A DNA stretch of 64,000 bases from Saccostrea cucullata (taxonomy: Eukaryota), in assembly GCF_032062105.1 (NCBI RefSeq), contig NW_026921197.1:1-64000 (forward strand), read 5' to 3'. Both the position numbers and the translations under genes were made by a program. Of this stretch, positions 51,920-64,000 are shown one piece after another. The stretch's first letter is position 1. Every line of letters starts with the position of its first letter. The notes under the pieces were generated by a model. The model was not told the DNA's origin, did not search any database, and saw only the letters and a program-made list of their open reading frames with translations.

Positions 51920-54050
51920 CTGCATAAAAAACATAAAATTTAAAATACTAGTTACTACATGGTATGGATGAAATGATATATATGCATTCACTATTTTATG
52001 TTTCTCTGTTTTATTTGTTCAATGAGTATAAACTTTGTCATTCAAGACGCAATGATTTGATTAGCGTCGCAATAGAGTAGGTATAATGATAGATAGACAT
52101 AAAATATATAAAAAAATGTTACTGTACAATTACATTCACTACAAATAAACAAAGATGAAAAAGGCTCCACGAAGATTCCATATAAAACAATCTTTTTCTA
52201 CAATGCTAAGATATCATTTGAGAATACTTTTAAAACAACTATGAGCAAATTTATTTAAATTTGATCGATCAAGAGAAAAAATGACACAATTTAAGACATT
52301 GTATTACATATCCTTATGTCTAATTTTGTAAATCATACATTATTGAATGGACAATTAATAAATCTGTAATAGCTTTTTTTTACACCGATACATCTACTTT
52401 TTTCTTTAAAAATAATTAAAATATATTTGAAAATCTAAAAGGTTTAATATTTTTTTTTTCAAAAGCATAGCAATGATTATATCTTACCCAACAAATACAC
52501 GTTTACCTCTCGATAGCCCAGAACCGCGTGGAAGCAAAGAATCCTAGCATTTCATAAAGGTTATAAAAAGATAGTTATTATTGAAGTATCTTCAGATATT
52601 TTTAGTACAGGTGTTTCCATTGTTTGTAAAATTTAAATATTCACAAGATTGACATATATTTCCTTTTTTTTTTTGGATACTCCGATCCTGATTTAGAAAA
52701 TGCTGATTCCTTTCCTTTGACGCTTCGTTATTTTTATGCTATTTAAAACGAATCAGTTAATAATAAACAACAGAAAATTGTGCAGAGAAGAGATTATGCT
52801 TTTATGACAATGGCTAGGTTATGCTGATGTTCAAGGGTATAAATACCCAAACCACTGAGTCTAGTAAAAAGAAGTTAAGAAATAAAGAAGTAAAAAATAA
52901 AACTAGAGCGAGTGACAGAAATAAAAAGAGAGAGATAGGGGCGTGGGGTAACTGTTAATTTTAATTTATGTAAAATAATTTGTGGTACATATGTAACACC
53001 ACTGCTTACCTTTGCTTCAAGATTTATATCGATGAAGTTTTTGATTTGTGAAAATTCCTGTCATTCAAAATGAATAAAAAAAGTCAGAATTTTCATAAAA
53101 GCAAAAAGGATTCGTATACCTCAATGAAATGTCAAATGCTATCAAATTATCTCGTCTCTAAGGACTACAATAAAAACAGACGTTTGTCCCTTTCAAAAGG
53201 TTTTCAAAAGAAGCGTATGGCTAAATGCAAGATTGTAGGATTCATCTGGCACAAATAAAGCTTTATTTTATTATGCTTTTTAAGTTTCATAGCAATTTGT
53301 TGGACTGGATTTACAAGACTAGCACCGTGAGCACCTCCGTGAGCACCTCCACCGTACAAAGAATGATCCCCCAATCTATACAACTTTCAGTTAGACGTCC
53401 TTTAAAACTTTCAGCCAGAAGGTTGTTTGAAATGAGAAAAAAAACAGACTATCACTTTCGAAGACAAAGAAAAGGAAAATATATATTTTGTACGCGGTAT
53501 ACTTTGTTTCCGACGTGTCAACATCAGCAATGCGACGTCATAAATATTTATGTGTATTCAGTTTGGATAGAAATCATTCATAATTTTTTTACAGGGGCTA
53601 TTTCAAAGTTTTTTGAAAAAAGAAAATCGTATTATAGAACATCTAAAATTGAGCAATTCGATATTTGGATCATACAACCCGTTGACATAGTGTATATTCG
53701 CTCAGGAGTCCTGCAAAAGCTTCCTTTTGTACATTTATATTGCACATTAAATTTGTCTACATGGTGAATACTATGCTTGATTACAATTTTTGAACTTCAT
53801 GGAACATGACAGACCAATACATGCAGTTTTCATTTTTATAAAAAGAGTGCCATGAAATGAATGACCATTCTCAAATAAATACTCATTAGATTGTCATAAG
53901 AAACTTTTTATGTAAGGATAAAAAAAAGTCATTGAAATGAATCGGAGAAGATTTTATCATACAATATTTGTTTGGATTTCCAGTGCGAATTTCGGCTACG
54001 CATTAAATATAGAAATGTGCTGCTTAGTTTTATTCGAGTTATATTTGAAA

Positions 54051-54261
54051 TACTGTAGACGTACTTTTTTCCATGGGGTCATATTTCCACGGAATATCAA
54101 TTTCTGTTTAATCCGCGGATAGAAAATTACGCGGATTTCTTACACTGTCACTAAATGCCTTACATTTACATTTAGTACGCTTGGACAAATTTCCACGGAA
54201 AATTTTTGACCGCGTACATAGCATATATTTATTCCATGCGGAAAAAAGTACTTCTGCAGTA
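54051..54261. mobile_element. Small MITE (TACTG TIR)
   Basis: TACTGTAGACGTACTTTTTTCC / GGAAAAAAGTACTTCTGCAGTA. Confidence 0.8.
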
Positions 54262-54713
54262 TATAGATTGCCCTAATAACGTAAGACATAGGCTCTAAAT
54301 ATTTAAAAAAAAATATGTCGTTTTTTCAATGCAGATTTTTTTTTTAGAAATTATATCATTATTCGAAAATAATAGATAATGTAATCGTGTGTATTGCTGC
54401 ATGAATAAATGAAAGGGAAGCCACTTCATAAAAATTATTGGAGTATATAAAATGGTGATTACGAGCATATACAGTTTTACATTTTGCTACCTGGAAAATG
54501 TCAAATAAATTTTCAATGCTACATATATAGAATTCACATTTTTTACGTTATTTGATATGCCGAGAAGAAGTGCACTTCTTATACGCTTTCAAATTTCAAG
54601 ATAACCTACAACTAGTATCAACAATTAAATCATGCTCACTTAATAAAACTAAAATTACATAATTGCCTTAGCTGTGAAACAAAAAGTAGTGTAGAGGTAT
54701 GTGAGCAAAAAAC

Positions 54714-54715
<2 letters not shown>

Positions 54716-54776
<61 letters not shown>
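54716..54776. repeat. (GA)n microsatellite
   Basis: Direct reading. Confidence 0.95.
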
Positions 54777-56304
54777 TACATGTTTTATCAACATAAAGAG
54801 GAGGCAGCCGGATATATTTTTGTTTTTATTTTCATTTCGCTTGATTGCTTAATTTAAATAAGAAAGTGAGACTAATCCATTATGATAAGTACATATTCTA
54901 AAATATATTTATAAATTATAATTTTATATCAAGTGCTTATTAATTTATTTGACTTGTTCAGAGAAGTTTTTGAAAAAAAAATCTGAAGTTTGTGTTTAGG
55001 AAATAAATATTATAGAATTACTTGCATTTAGTATCTACGGATGAAACAGGAATTTTTGTAAACTGTAATACCAGGCCAGGATAAATTCGCTTTGTGTGGT
55101 GACAGTTCATTTAACCCCTTACAGAGCATATACGCATTTCTACGCATCTGACTTTAAAAAAAGTGTGAAAAAATTCATAACTTTGTTAGTACTGCAAATT
55201 TCAGAATAAATCTTGCACCGTTGGAAGGAGAAAATAATATATGAAAAAATGATATACGGAAATTCTTTTTATTGGTTGTACCAGTTTTTAGCTGGCTTGA
55301 GTTAAACTTTGTGCAATATTTGAACGATTTTACCATTATCAAAATCAATGCATGGGTAAAACATTAAATGTAAAAATGCTAAATTGTAATAATTACCTTC
55401 CAGCCCATTTCCCCAAATACTTAAAATTGGTTTGTAAAATAAATTACAACATGCTCATAATTTTCATCACTACAATTAAATATTATTTAATATATTTAAC
55501 TCAGCAAACTAAGAAAAAACCTAGAATGAAACAAATTCTTGAATAAATGGAAATTCCAGCATCATTATGGTGTATTTCGTTGCCATGGCAACTGATATGA
55601 TATTTTTATAATCATTTATAGAAACTACACAATACCTGCTTTCAGAATATATATACATTAATGTGTACAAAAATTACAAGAAATGCTAAAAAGATGCATC
55701 GAAATCTTAATATTTATTTGTCTGGAAATGCTTAAAATCTTTGCCATGGAAGTGGTTTACGGGTTGTTATTGAATAGACATCTTAAAAACGGAATAAGCA
55801 TGAAACATAACGCCTTGAGCTCCTTGTTTGGAGGACTACCCCTTTAATTTCGAGCATATGATTCGTCTGCACACTTTACGTCTGTCATCAAATGTGAAGT
55901 GAATGTAGGATTCCTCGTACTTTCTATATGAGGTAGCTTTGTAGATGTGATTAGGTAGAAAACATTTTTCTAAGAGAATAATCAATAAAAAAAATTATGA
56001 TTTTCAGATATCATAAATCAATTTCATTGATAATTATTTTTGCTATTATCGGAATATTTAAATTTAGCGATTATCAATTTACATGTAATTTTAAATAGAT
56101 ATTAGAGGAGAGATTTGATATTGTGAATGAATGTTCATCTTCCTGTTCATAACACAATCACTGTTTCAAAGGGCTTTCCATAGAATTTGATGTCAAATGA
56201 GTTTTCAAAAATATTTTTTGCTCAAGGAAAGGATGTGTACATGTTCATGTTCCCTCACCAGGAAAAATACGGTGTGTTGTAATATTGTAATTGTAGGTCA
56301 GAAG

Positions 56305-56570
56305 GGAATGGCTCTAATAAAGAAAAATCAAATTACCCTGAATAAAGGAAATGCATATTTTTTATGACTCGTAAGCGTTCATACTCAGATATTATTCTAT
56401 ATTTCTTTGAAATATCAACCTAACTACAAAGATCGATGTCATAAATAAATAACAATTGCAAATTAGGCCTATCTTATATTTGTTTTTAAAAACATTTATC
56501 GTAAAAAGTAAAAGGCCGAAACCCTAGTGATGTGACGAGTTACATCATCTTTGAAGGACATTGAAATTTA
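56305..56570 (+). pseudogene. Decayed duplicate of the promoter and exon 1 of the 58623 gene
   Basis: AATGGCTC...AAGAAAAATCA.ATT.CCC.GAATAAAGGAAATG...GATGTGACG collinear with 58480-58755; no equivalent ATG or GTAAG donor. Confidence 0.6.
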
Positions 56571-58622
56571 AACAAATTAATTAGAACATTGAAAAAAAAA
56601 GTATCAAGACTCAGTTTGATTAATTATTTCTTTCAAATCCAGTTCGAAATATTTTACATGTAACTCATATAGAGACGACAAGCTATAGCAATGAAAGCCT
56701 TTTAATTACATCTAATATTCAGTTTTTAGGACCATGGAAAAGTGAAAGTTCGTTATTGAGTCATCTTTTAATGTTGCCTCGATTTTAAGGATAAATGATG
56801 CGTAGAGCACGCTTTAAAACGAAATTCTATAAATAAAAAAAGTTATGAGTTCCAATATGCTTGTTCCTCAACGAACATATTTTTAAACATGGCATGTTTA
56901 TATTCCTCAAGTACAGGAAAAACTAATTATTACGTCACACATTTGCAAAATAAGCGAAATTGTATATTAGATACTACGTACAAATGATTTCAATCAAGAA
57001 CCATGTAAAAATATTTTTGTTCCTTAATTCACGCTTTTCTGGTACGTGGATTGAAAGCACAAAGATATAAAGAAGCAAGATTGAGACTCATGTAAATTTC
57101 TCTTAAGTAAATGACTTAATAAATATACTACAAAAAGTTTTGGATTCATGATTTATATATAAGACTAAAAATGAATTCTGGTTTGATCAGTTATGCGATG
57201 AAGTAAACCGTCGTACCGGGATAGAGTCCGATTGTGTGGTACCAGCTCATTCAAGGGGTCTGAATTGTAGGGGATAGTGAAAATGAAGCATGGTTTACAT
57301 GCATATTGCCATGAGCACTTTGATTGTGGGTCTACCCTCTTAATGTAAAAGTACACAATCTAGCTACACACTTAAACACTATCATTAAAGGTCAAGTGTC
57401 TGTTGGATTACTCGTTGTTTTATGAACAGGTTTTGCACATACATTTGAGAAAAAAAAAGTTTTAAAAGAAAAAAAAGGTATAATATTTTATCCTATGTAA
57501 TAACTCATGATGATATTTGCTATTAGTTATAAAAGAAATCGCTTGATGTAATTTGCTTGAGATAGAGTCTCCTATATGTAGTGTCACAAAGTCCAAAAAG
57601 TGGAGCGTCTTGTGAAGTTTCAAGCATTTTGAATTGTTGGCACTGAAAGCTGCTTTAAACTGTAAAGACTTAATGAGTTATTATGTGTTTACATAGAATG
57701 GCAGTGCGGGACATAAATCTTACAGATTTTTATGTTGCACTCAGCATCTGTTAACTAAAAAATATATTTTAAAAAGCACAGACTGAATGCATCTTTTATG
57801 AATTTTTAGGTCACATTATCATTCGTGATATCATTAATTTCACATTCTTTTAGAAAAGAAAATGACAGCAGTGTTCTTAAGTAAATGTTGTTTCCTTTTC
57901 ATTCAGTCTCTGTTATTCTGCATTTTTAAATCAAAAACACCCCCCCCCCTGCTGACATGAGCATGTTTAACATTAAATGTACATACACAAACTCTGAAAA
58001 TTAAATATTCTTAACTGATCTTCAAAAAATTATAATTGCGGATAAACAGAATAAATATAATAAGTATTATACTTGATGTGTTTAAAGTTGCAAACCGAAA
58101 GTTAGAAATATTATATTGTAAAGCAATGTTCTACCTCTTACATAATTTGATTCGAAAAGGTCCATCCCTTCCTCTTTCATGCATTCCAGTTCGGAGTCAT
58201 CCCCAATATTTCACACAAAACAGAAAAGAAACTGCAGGGTTCTCATTTCTTTCAAACCTTTAAGCTTTAAAAATAATTAAGGGAAGAGACTCTATTAATG
58301 GACTGTGTCTTCGTCCATCTGGTCAATCTATAATTGATTTAACAATGGATTTTTTTATTGTTTTTTATGTCAAATGGAAGTCTTCAAGAAGGTAAATGTT
58401 GGAACTAAAGGGTTAATATGTGTAGGCTAGCAAGGAAAAACATGGATGATACTGTAATGCTTAGTGAAAAGTCAATATGAAAATGGCTCCAGCGAAGAAA
58501 AATCAGATTTCCCCGAATAAAGGAAATGTAAATTTTAATGACCCATTTATACTCTGATCTTTTTTATATTTCCGTGAAATATAAAAGTTTTAGCAAACAC
58601 CAATGTCAGAGAGTTGGGAGAA

Positions 58623-61600
58623 ATGACAGCATGTAGAAGTGTTATTATTGTTTTTATTTTTATGCTATATTTACAAGCATTGAAAGGGAATAGTACAACG
58701 CTAAAGCCTCGGAGATGTGACGGGTAAGAAATTATTTTTGATGAAATTGAATTATTTCACATCTTCTCTGTATGATAAAAACCCAGCTAATTTATATGAA
58801 ATATATACTACATGATCATTTTTCATTAAAAGGCCAATTTTATACGAGCATCAAACAAAATTATATTCATATATTATAAACAAATCAGACGAGCGCGTAG
58901 CGCAGTGGTCACATGGGACGTGAATAGCAGAATAGCAGTCCTTTCGATGAAACTGTTTAAACCGAGTTTCCATGCTAAAGTATGTGTTGAAACCATAAAG
59001 ATTCCTTCCTGTTCAATTGATCTGAGCCGGATAATGATTAAAATTTATTGCCCTTCTCTGGCAAGTGATGGCGTCTTCATATGTGTAAAAAAAAATCATG
59101 AGAGGCACGTTAAATGATATGCAGACAATAGGCAAATCATATTATACGTATTTCATCCCCAACGTAGGAAAGAAATTATGAAGAATAAATAACTTGCAAG
59201 CAATAAGTATCATTTTTTTTTCAATGATATGAGACATGTTGTGGTACATTTTGACATTACAAAATAAATAAATAGCGTTTATATTTTCTGACTCAAATTA
59301 CAATTAAATAATAAAACTAAAGATGAATTTTCTGAATTTATAACAATTTTTATGGGGGTGAGGTATTACTTTACCAAATAACATTAGAAAAAAAGGCAAG
59401 GTATGCATAACAAGGCTGAGTGAAATCTTACAAATTTAGTGCTTCAGTAACAACAACTTTTCTATATGTGTAGGAAAAGAAAATAATATGACCAAAAAAA
59501 TATGATTGTATGCTTATAAGATTTTCTTTTTTTTTTGGAGTAAATTATTTCTAAGTTTAAAAATAAAAAAAGGATTTTCATTCGTATCATATGAAACTCT
59601 CAGCAAGGACATTTAAAGAAAATTATGTTTAATTTATCATTATATATTTTATTCAAAATTAAAAATAAGCATTGAAAGAAAAGTCTCAAATACCCCATAT
59701 ACAAATACATTGTTAAAAACCATTTTGTGATAATACATGTGTAAGACTCCAAGGTCCGATGGTGACGCCAAAGCCCGATGGTCTCGCAAAACCCCGATGG
59801 TCTGCGCGAAACCCCGAGGGTTTGTTGTCGTCACGGACGCCAAAGTCCGATGGTCACGCCAAAGTACGATGGCTCGTTTCCTATAAGACGCTTTGCGCTA
59901 AAGTGTGATGGTCTGTCACGCCAAAGTCCGATGGTGTGAAGAAACAATCGACAGTTTATGACGTCACAATAATTCGACGTCAATCCTTGGCGCCGTTTTC
60001 CTGCATTTAAAAATGCCATCATTTCCGAATTATCCTTGCACACTTTTTTATTTATTTTGTGTATTACTTACATGTTTCAGAGATATTAGGATCAGTCCTC
60101 GCACACAACTCAACTGTTTAGGGTTAATCCTTTTAGTTTTATTGATTTAGGGTTAGTCCTCGCACACTAGTTATTAGGGTTAGTATCGCACCCACCCAAG
60201 ATATATAAGTATCTATATACACATGTAGTTGTAAGGCCTACACACTTTTCGAGCGATTAGGGTTAGTTTTGCACCTATCCGAGAGATAAAGGTTAGTTTT
60301 TGCATAATGATTTTTCATGTTTATTTAAAATTTTGGCATGGTGAAGCATTGTAGTTTGCCGCATTATACGTATTATGACGTTTTAAACGTAAATTGTTTT
60401 CAGCACCATCGGGGTTTGGCGTGCCAAACCGTCGGGGATTAGCGCAGACCATCGGACTTTGGCATGACCATCGGATTTCGGAGTCCTATCATACGTTGGA
60501 GTCCTACACATGTATTAAGAACAAAATGAAGTGGACTGAATCTAAATTGCATACATTTGAGAGAAAAAAAAATAATGTGCATTTAATGGAATTTCTCTTG
60601 CTTTTTTAAAAATTTTAATACAAGATTTTGTATTCTGCTTGTTCTTTAAAAACTTCGCATCGTGATAGAGTGGTTTACATTTAACCATGTACTTCCTATT
60701 TTACTGAAAACAAAGTTCATGGCACCGTTTCTACTTAGGAATATGTCCCCGTCAACGTGTTTTCCAGGAATCTGATTATTTTTTTTTATATAAATATAAA
60801 TATTTTTCCTCTTTTGCTATTGGTTGGAGTCCGTCATGTCTTCTATTGTTCGCTCTTCCTCTTCAAATTTCTTCTTTAAAGGAGTCTTTCCATTTTGTGA
60901 AGGTGAGCTGCTTATTGTATAGAAATAACTTTCAAACTGTTTGTTGCTTTTAAGATTTTTGAATAATACGCTGAAATATTATATGGATTTTTTAAGGACA
61001 TTTCAGAAATGAGCGTTCTTACAAATGAATAAACTTCGCGGTTTTGCAAAATAAAACAATAATAATCTAACGCGGTCTTAAAACCAATGAAAGTATTTCA
61101 TGTAGGTTTAGAATCTTAATGTAGGGAATCAATGATTTAACAACTACAGAACAATTCTGCGGAAGAAAAATAATTAAGATAAATTAATGAAAACATTAAA
61201 AGAAATTTTTTTTAGATCTGCTTTATATTTTTATTGATTGACCTATTTTACGTCCTTTGTGAGATTTATAGGGACGCTCAGATAAAATCCGATGGAGGGT
61301 TTTAATGTTTAACCTATCTTCGGCTATCAGGGACATTGAGAAAAAAAGTTCCTTATCCTGTCATTACTTGTCCTATGATTGAGAAAAAAATGCTATTAAA
61401 CCTGGAGGAATTTACAAATTACACATGAAGTAATATTTTTTCTGTTATCTTATGTGCCTTATTTATCTTATATAATTATGCATATATAACCAATTACATG
61501 ATACTGTACAATTATGTCATTTGCATTTTTAATTGCATTTACATGTAAATATAACATTGTAATTTTATATCAGAATCCGGAAACATGAAACCAGACCTTT

Positions 61601-63411
61601 CAATATCAGGATTTATTTTTTTTTTTTTGTTATCACTATATATGCATGTACATGTACTTGAAGTTCATAATTAATTTCCATGCTCTGAATATTTGAAGCC
61701 ATTTGAACTATTTATCCATTTTTTTCACAAGGGAAAATAAATGCTGCTTCGGCTTTACATGGGATGAAGAACTGCAGGGCTGTAGAAGTAAATACTTTTT
61801 ATGCCTTCTCTTTTCCCAACCGCTATGAAAAAGGATAAAAGACAAATGTTTATTGAAGTTGAATTTTTATTGATCAAATTAAAGGTTTTGATCAATAAAC
61901 ACAAATTGTAGCTTATATTAGCATTAAAGGTTACCAACAAAAATGGACAATTGCTCTTTACAAATATAAAATATTTCTTACATACATGTATAATAATAAC
62001 AGACTTCAACTTCAATATTATTTTTATGAACATACATGCATAATACATGCATGCTCTATTTGCCTTCATATGCTAATGCTGTATCAAATAGTACAGAACA
62101 AAGTAAAAGAAAAAAAAAGAAAATAATTATTAGATTTAAAAAACAATGTCACTTGAAAAAAAACAAATCACTATAAATTTCAAAACAGTCTTGTTTTTCC
62201 TATTCAATAGTTCTCCGTTTGCAAAATCGGAAAGGCTGTAGAAAACACTTAAACATTTCAACATTTCTATTCTTCTCTCCTTTTTCAGAGTGTAGCACCG
62301 GGTTCCACGGAGTTTACTGTAATAAGTCATGCCTATATCCATATTACGGAACAGACTGTGATGAAGAATGCCATTGTGAAAAACCAACTTGTAATTTTAT
62401 CACGGGTTGTTTAGGTATTCTTTATATTTAACAGTTGATATACATGTACATATATCTTATCATTTTTACGGACTTATCATAGCCTATGAACAGGTGTTTG
62501 TCAAGATTTCAACTGAATAAAAATTCTGAAATAATTATGATAATTTTTTTTTATAATATAAAAAAATATGTTTGTATTTAAATATTATCCAAATATTGCT
62601 TTTTTCACTTGAAAAATAAAGCTCAAAGATTTTCAGAAACCGTATTTTGTTTAATCTATGTTTGCACTTTAGGATTTTTAGGGCCTGTTGTCTATGGTAT
62701 GTAATTTTTTTTTCAGACAACACAACAGATATATATACATCATCGGATCAGTCATCTACAGACACCTATGAATTCTTCACTAGTGTTACGACATCATCTA
62801 TACACAACGAATTGTCTTTGAAAAGTCTCCAGTCGCCATCTTCTATTAATCAAATTATTTCTTTTTCCCTTCGCGATTTCCTTCTTTTTATTGCCGGGGT
62901 ACTAATTGTACTCATTTTGATCACAGTAATCAATGTTTTTATATGTAAACGTCGTGCTAAAAGAAATTATGTAGTTTTTAACGAGAAAGAAATTAAATGT
63001 TCATTGATTGAATCAAAAGATACTGTTAAAAATACATGCAGAAGAAATACGAAAATCATAATATCACACTGCACAGAAAACAATTCCTGCTTCTTGGAAA
63101 TTACAACAGACAAGGACAATACAGACACCAAAAATAGTTGCTATTCAAACGCTGATGTTGATAAAGAAGAACGGGAACAAAACAGAAAAATTGACTCGAT
63201 ATATGACCAAACCCAATTGCATCTGTGCACAATTAAACCATTGGGACAAGAAGAAACAATTTACAACATCAGTCAATGTTCCCAATATGAACTCGACTGC
63301 TACACGGATGTAAAGGAGGTATCTGACGAAAATCATTCAACAACTACTACGAAAGTTTCACATGAGAATGAATACATCAGTGTACCATGCTGCCCAGAGT
63401 GTGAAAGTTAG
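58623..63411 (+). CDS. Family Y gene: 325-aa type I membrane protein with MEGF10/SREC-type EGF-like repeat and Tyr-rich tail; exons 58623-58723, 61732-61787, 62289-62414, 62717-63411
   Basis: GT-AG introns, phases 2/1/1, 978 nt open. Signal MTACRSVIIVFIFMLYLQALKG; CDGENKCCFGFTWDEELQGCRK; CSTGFHGVYCNKSCLYPYYGTDCDEECHCEKPTCNFITGC; S/T stalk; TM FLLFIAGVLIVLILITVINVFIC-KRR; seven tail tyrosines ending NEYISV. Confidence 0.88.
58888..59120 (+). mobile_element. Diverged SINE copy in intron 1
   Basis: TAGCGCAGTGG A-box, GTGGGACGT-like segment, TTCGATGAAACTGTTTAAACCGAG core similar to 48090-48385. Confidence 0.55.
59731..60517. mobile_element. MITE with 22-bp TIR, CCGATGG subterminal repeats and internal TTAGGG motifs
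   Basis: TAATACATGTGTAAGACTCCAA / TTGGAGTCCTACACATGTATTA (1 mismatch); about 20-bp CCGATGGT repeats at left and ACCATCGG at right. Confidence 0.85.
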
Positions 63412-63771
63412 CTATCTCATAATGCACATTAATGTCCGAACATTCTAGATCTGATAGATATTTTTTTCTGGTTTTGCTCTTATTTAATAATTGTATTTGT
63501 TCTACTTTACCTCTAAATATTTCAATAAATGAAATGCAAAAATAAGAAAAACATTCTTTCTCAAAAATTGCATTATATATTGAATATAGGAAATTCAGAA
63601 AACACAGGGACCCTTGAAAAGATCTAAATGTACCGTGGAATGAATGCAAATCAAAAAGGAGGAAGCGTTCTTGTTGCGTGCTGCAGATCAATGCCAGACC
63701 CTTCATAACTCTCTGGCACATTCACTTCATCCGAGATAATTCATTATGACAGTGACCTAAAGTAGTTAACA

Positions 63772-63980
63772 TACCGTATACAGGGTTGTTTTTGCTCCGT
63801 GTTATTTTCTCCCTTTTAAACTTGCGAACAATATCAATTGTTCTAAATTCTCCGTGTCGCCGTTCTATCTAAGAATTTCTGCTGTGTTCTTTAAATTTGC
63901 ATTTTTCAAATTCGCCCACCAGTGACAAGCGAAAAAAACGGGGTAGGGGGGGGGGGGCAAAAATTTCCTTGTATACAGTA
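63772..63980. mobile_element. Small MITE
   Basis: TACCGTATACAGGG / CCTTGTATACAGTA termini. Confidence 0.65.
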
Positions 63981-64000
63981 TCCAATCACCACACCCCTGG

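Noticed and set aside
53225-53767. 180-aa ORF
   Set aside because: No recognisable domain; includes a 12-bp tandem duplication and TE-like sequence.
55111-58416. TTAACCC...GGGTTAA suggesting one piggyBac element around the duplicated promoter
   Set aside because: Ends match only CCC.TTA; likely two unrelated fragments or chance.

Overview
AT-rich eukaryotic (non-prokaryotic) draft scaffold with four N-gaps (328-468, 31428-31604, 42533-42754, 49920-50076). The repeat content (166-bp Cg170-like satellite inside a Helentron-type element, bivalve-type SINEs, MITEs) and gene types point to an oyster (Crassostrea/Magallana-like) genome; this is an inference. Most listed ORFs are spurious. Manual splicing gives a cluster of small single-pass membrane receptor genes from two families on opposite strands. 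Family X (minus strand; signal peptide, Cys-rich CP..W..K.C..YHC..VCA ectodomain, S/T stalk, TM) has one apparently intact gene (33754-28689) and two pseudogenes (about 42.2-42.4 kb and 51.3-51.9 kb). Family Y (plus strand; TM plus tyrosine-motif tail, with an EGF-like exon shown only in the complete copy) has one complete 325-aa gene (58623-63411), one copy with a single in-frame stop (46602-47191) and one orphan terminal exon (12263-12510). The rest is mostly mobile DNA: an RT-less Ty3/gypsy LTR element with very unequal LTRs (22267-28470), a TTAA Kolobok-type element, several Helentron/HINE elements with tandem arrays, nested MITEs, a CGCA..TGCG TIR family with 2-bp TSDs, and two SINEs.
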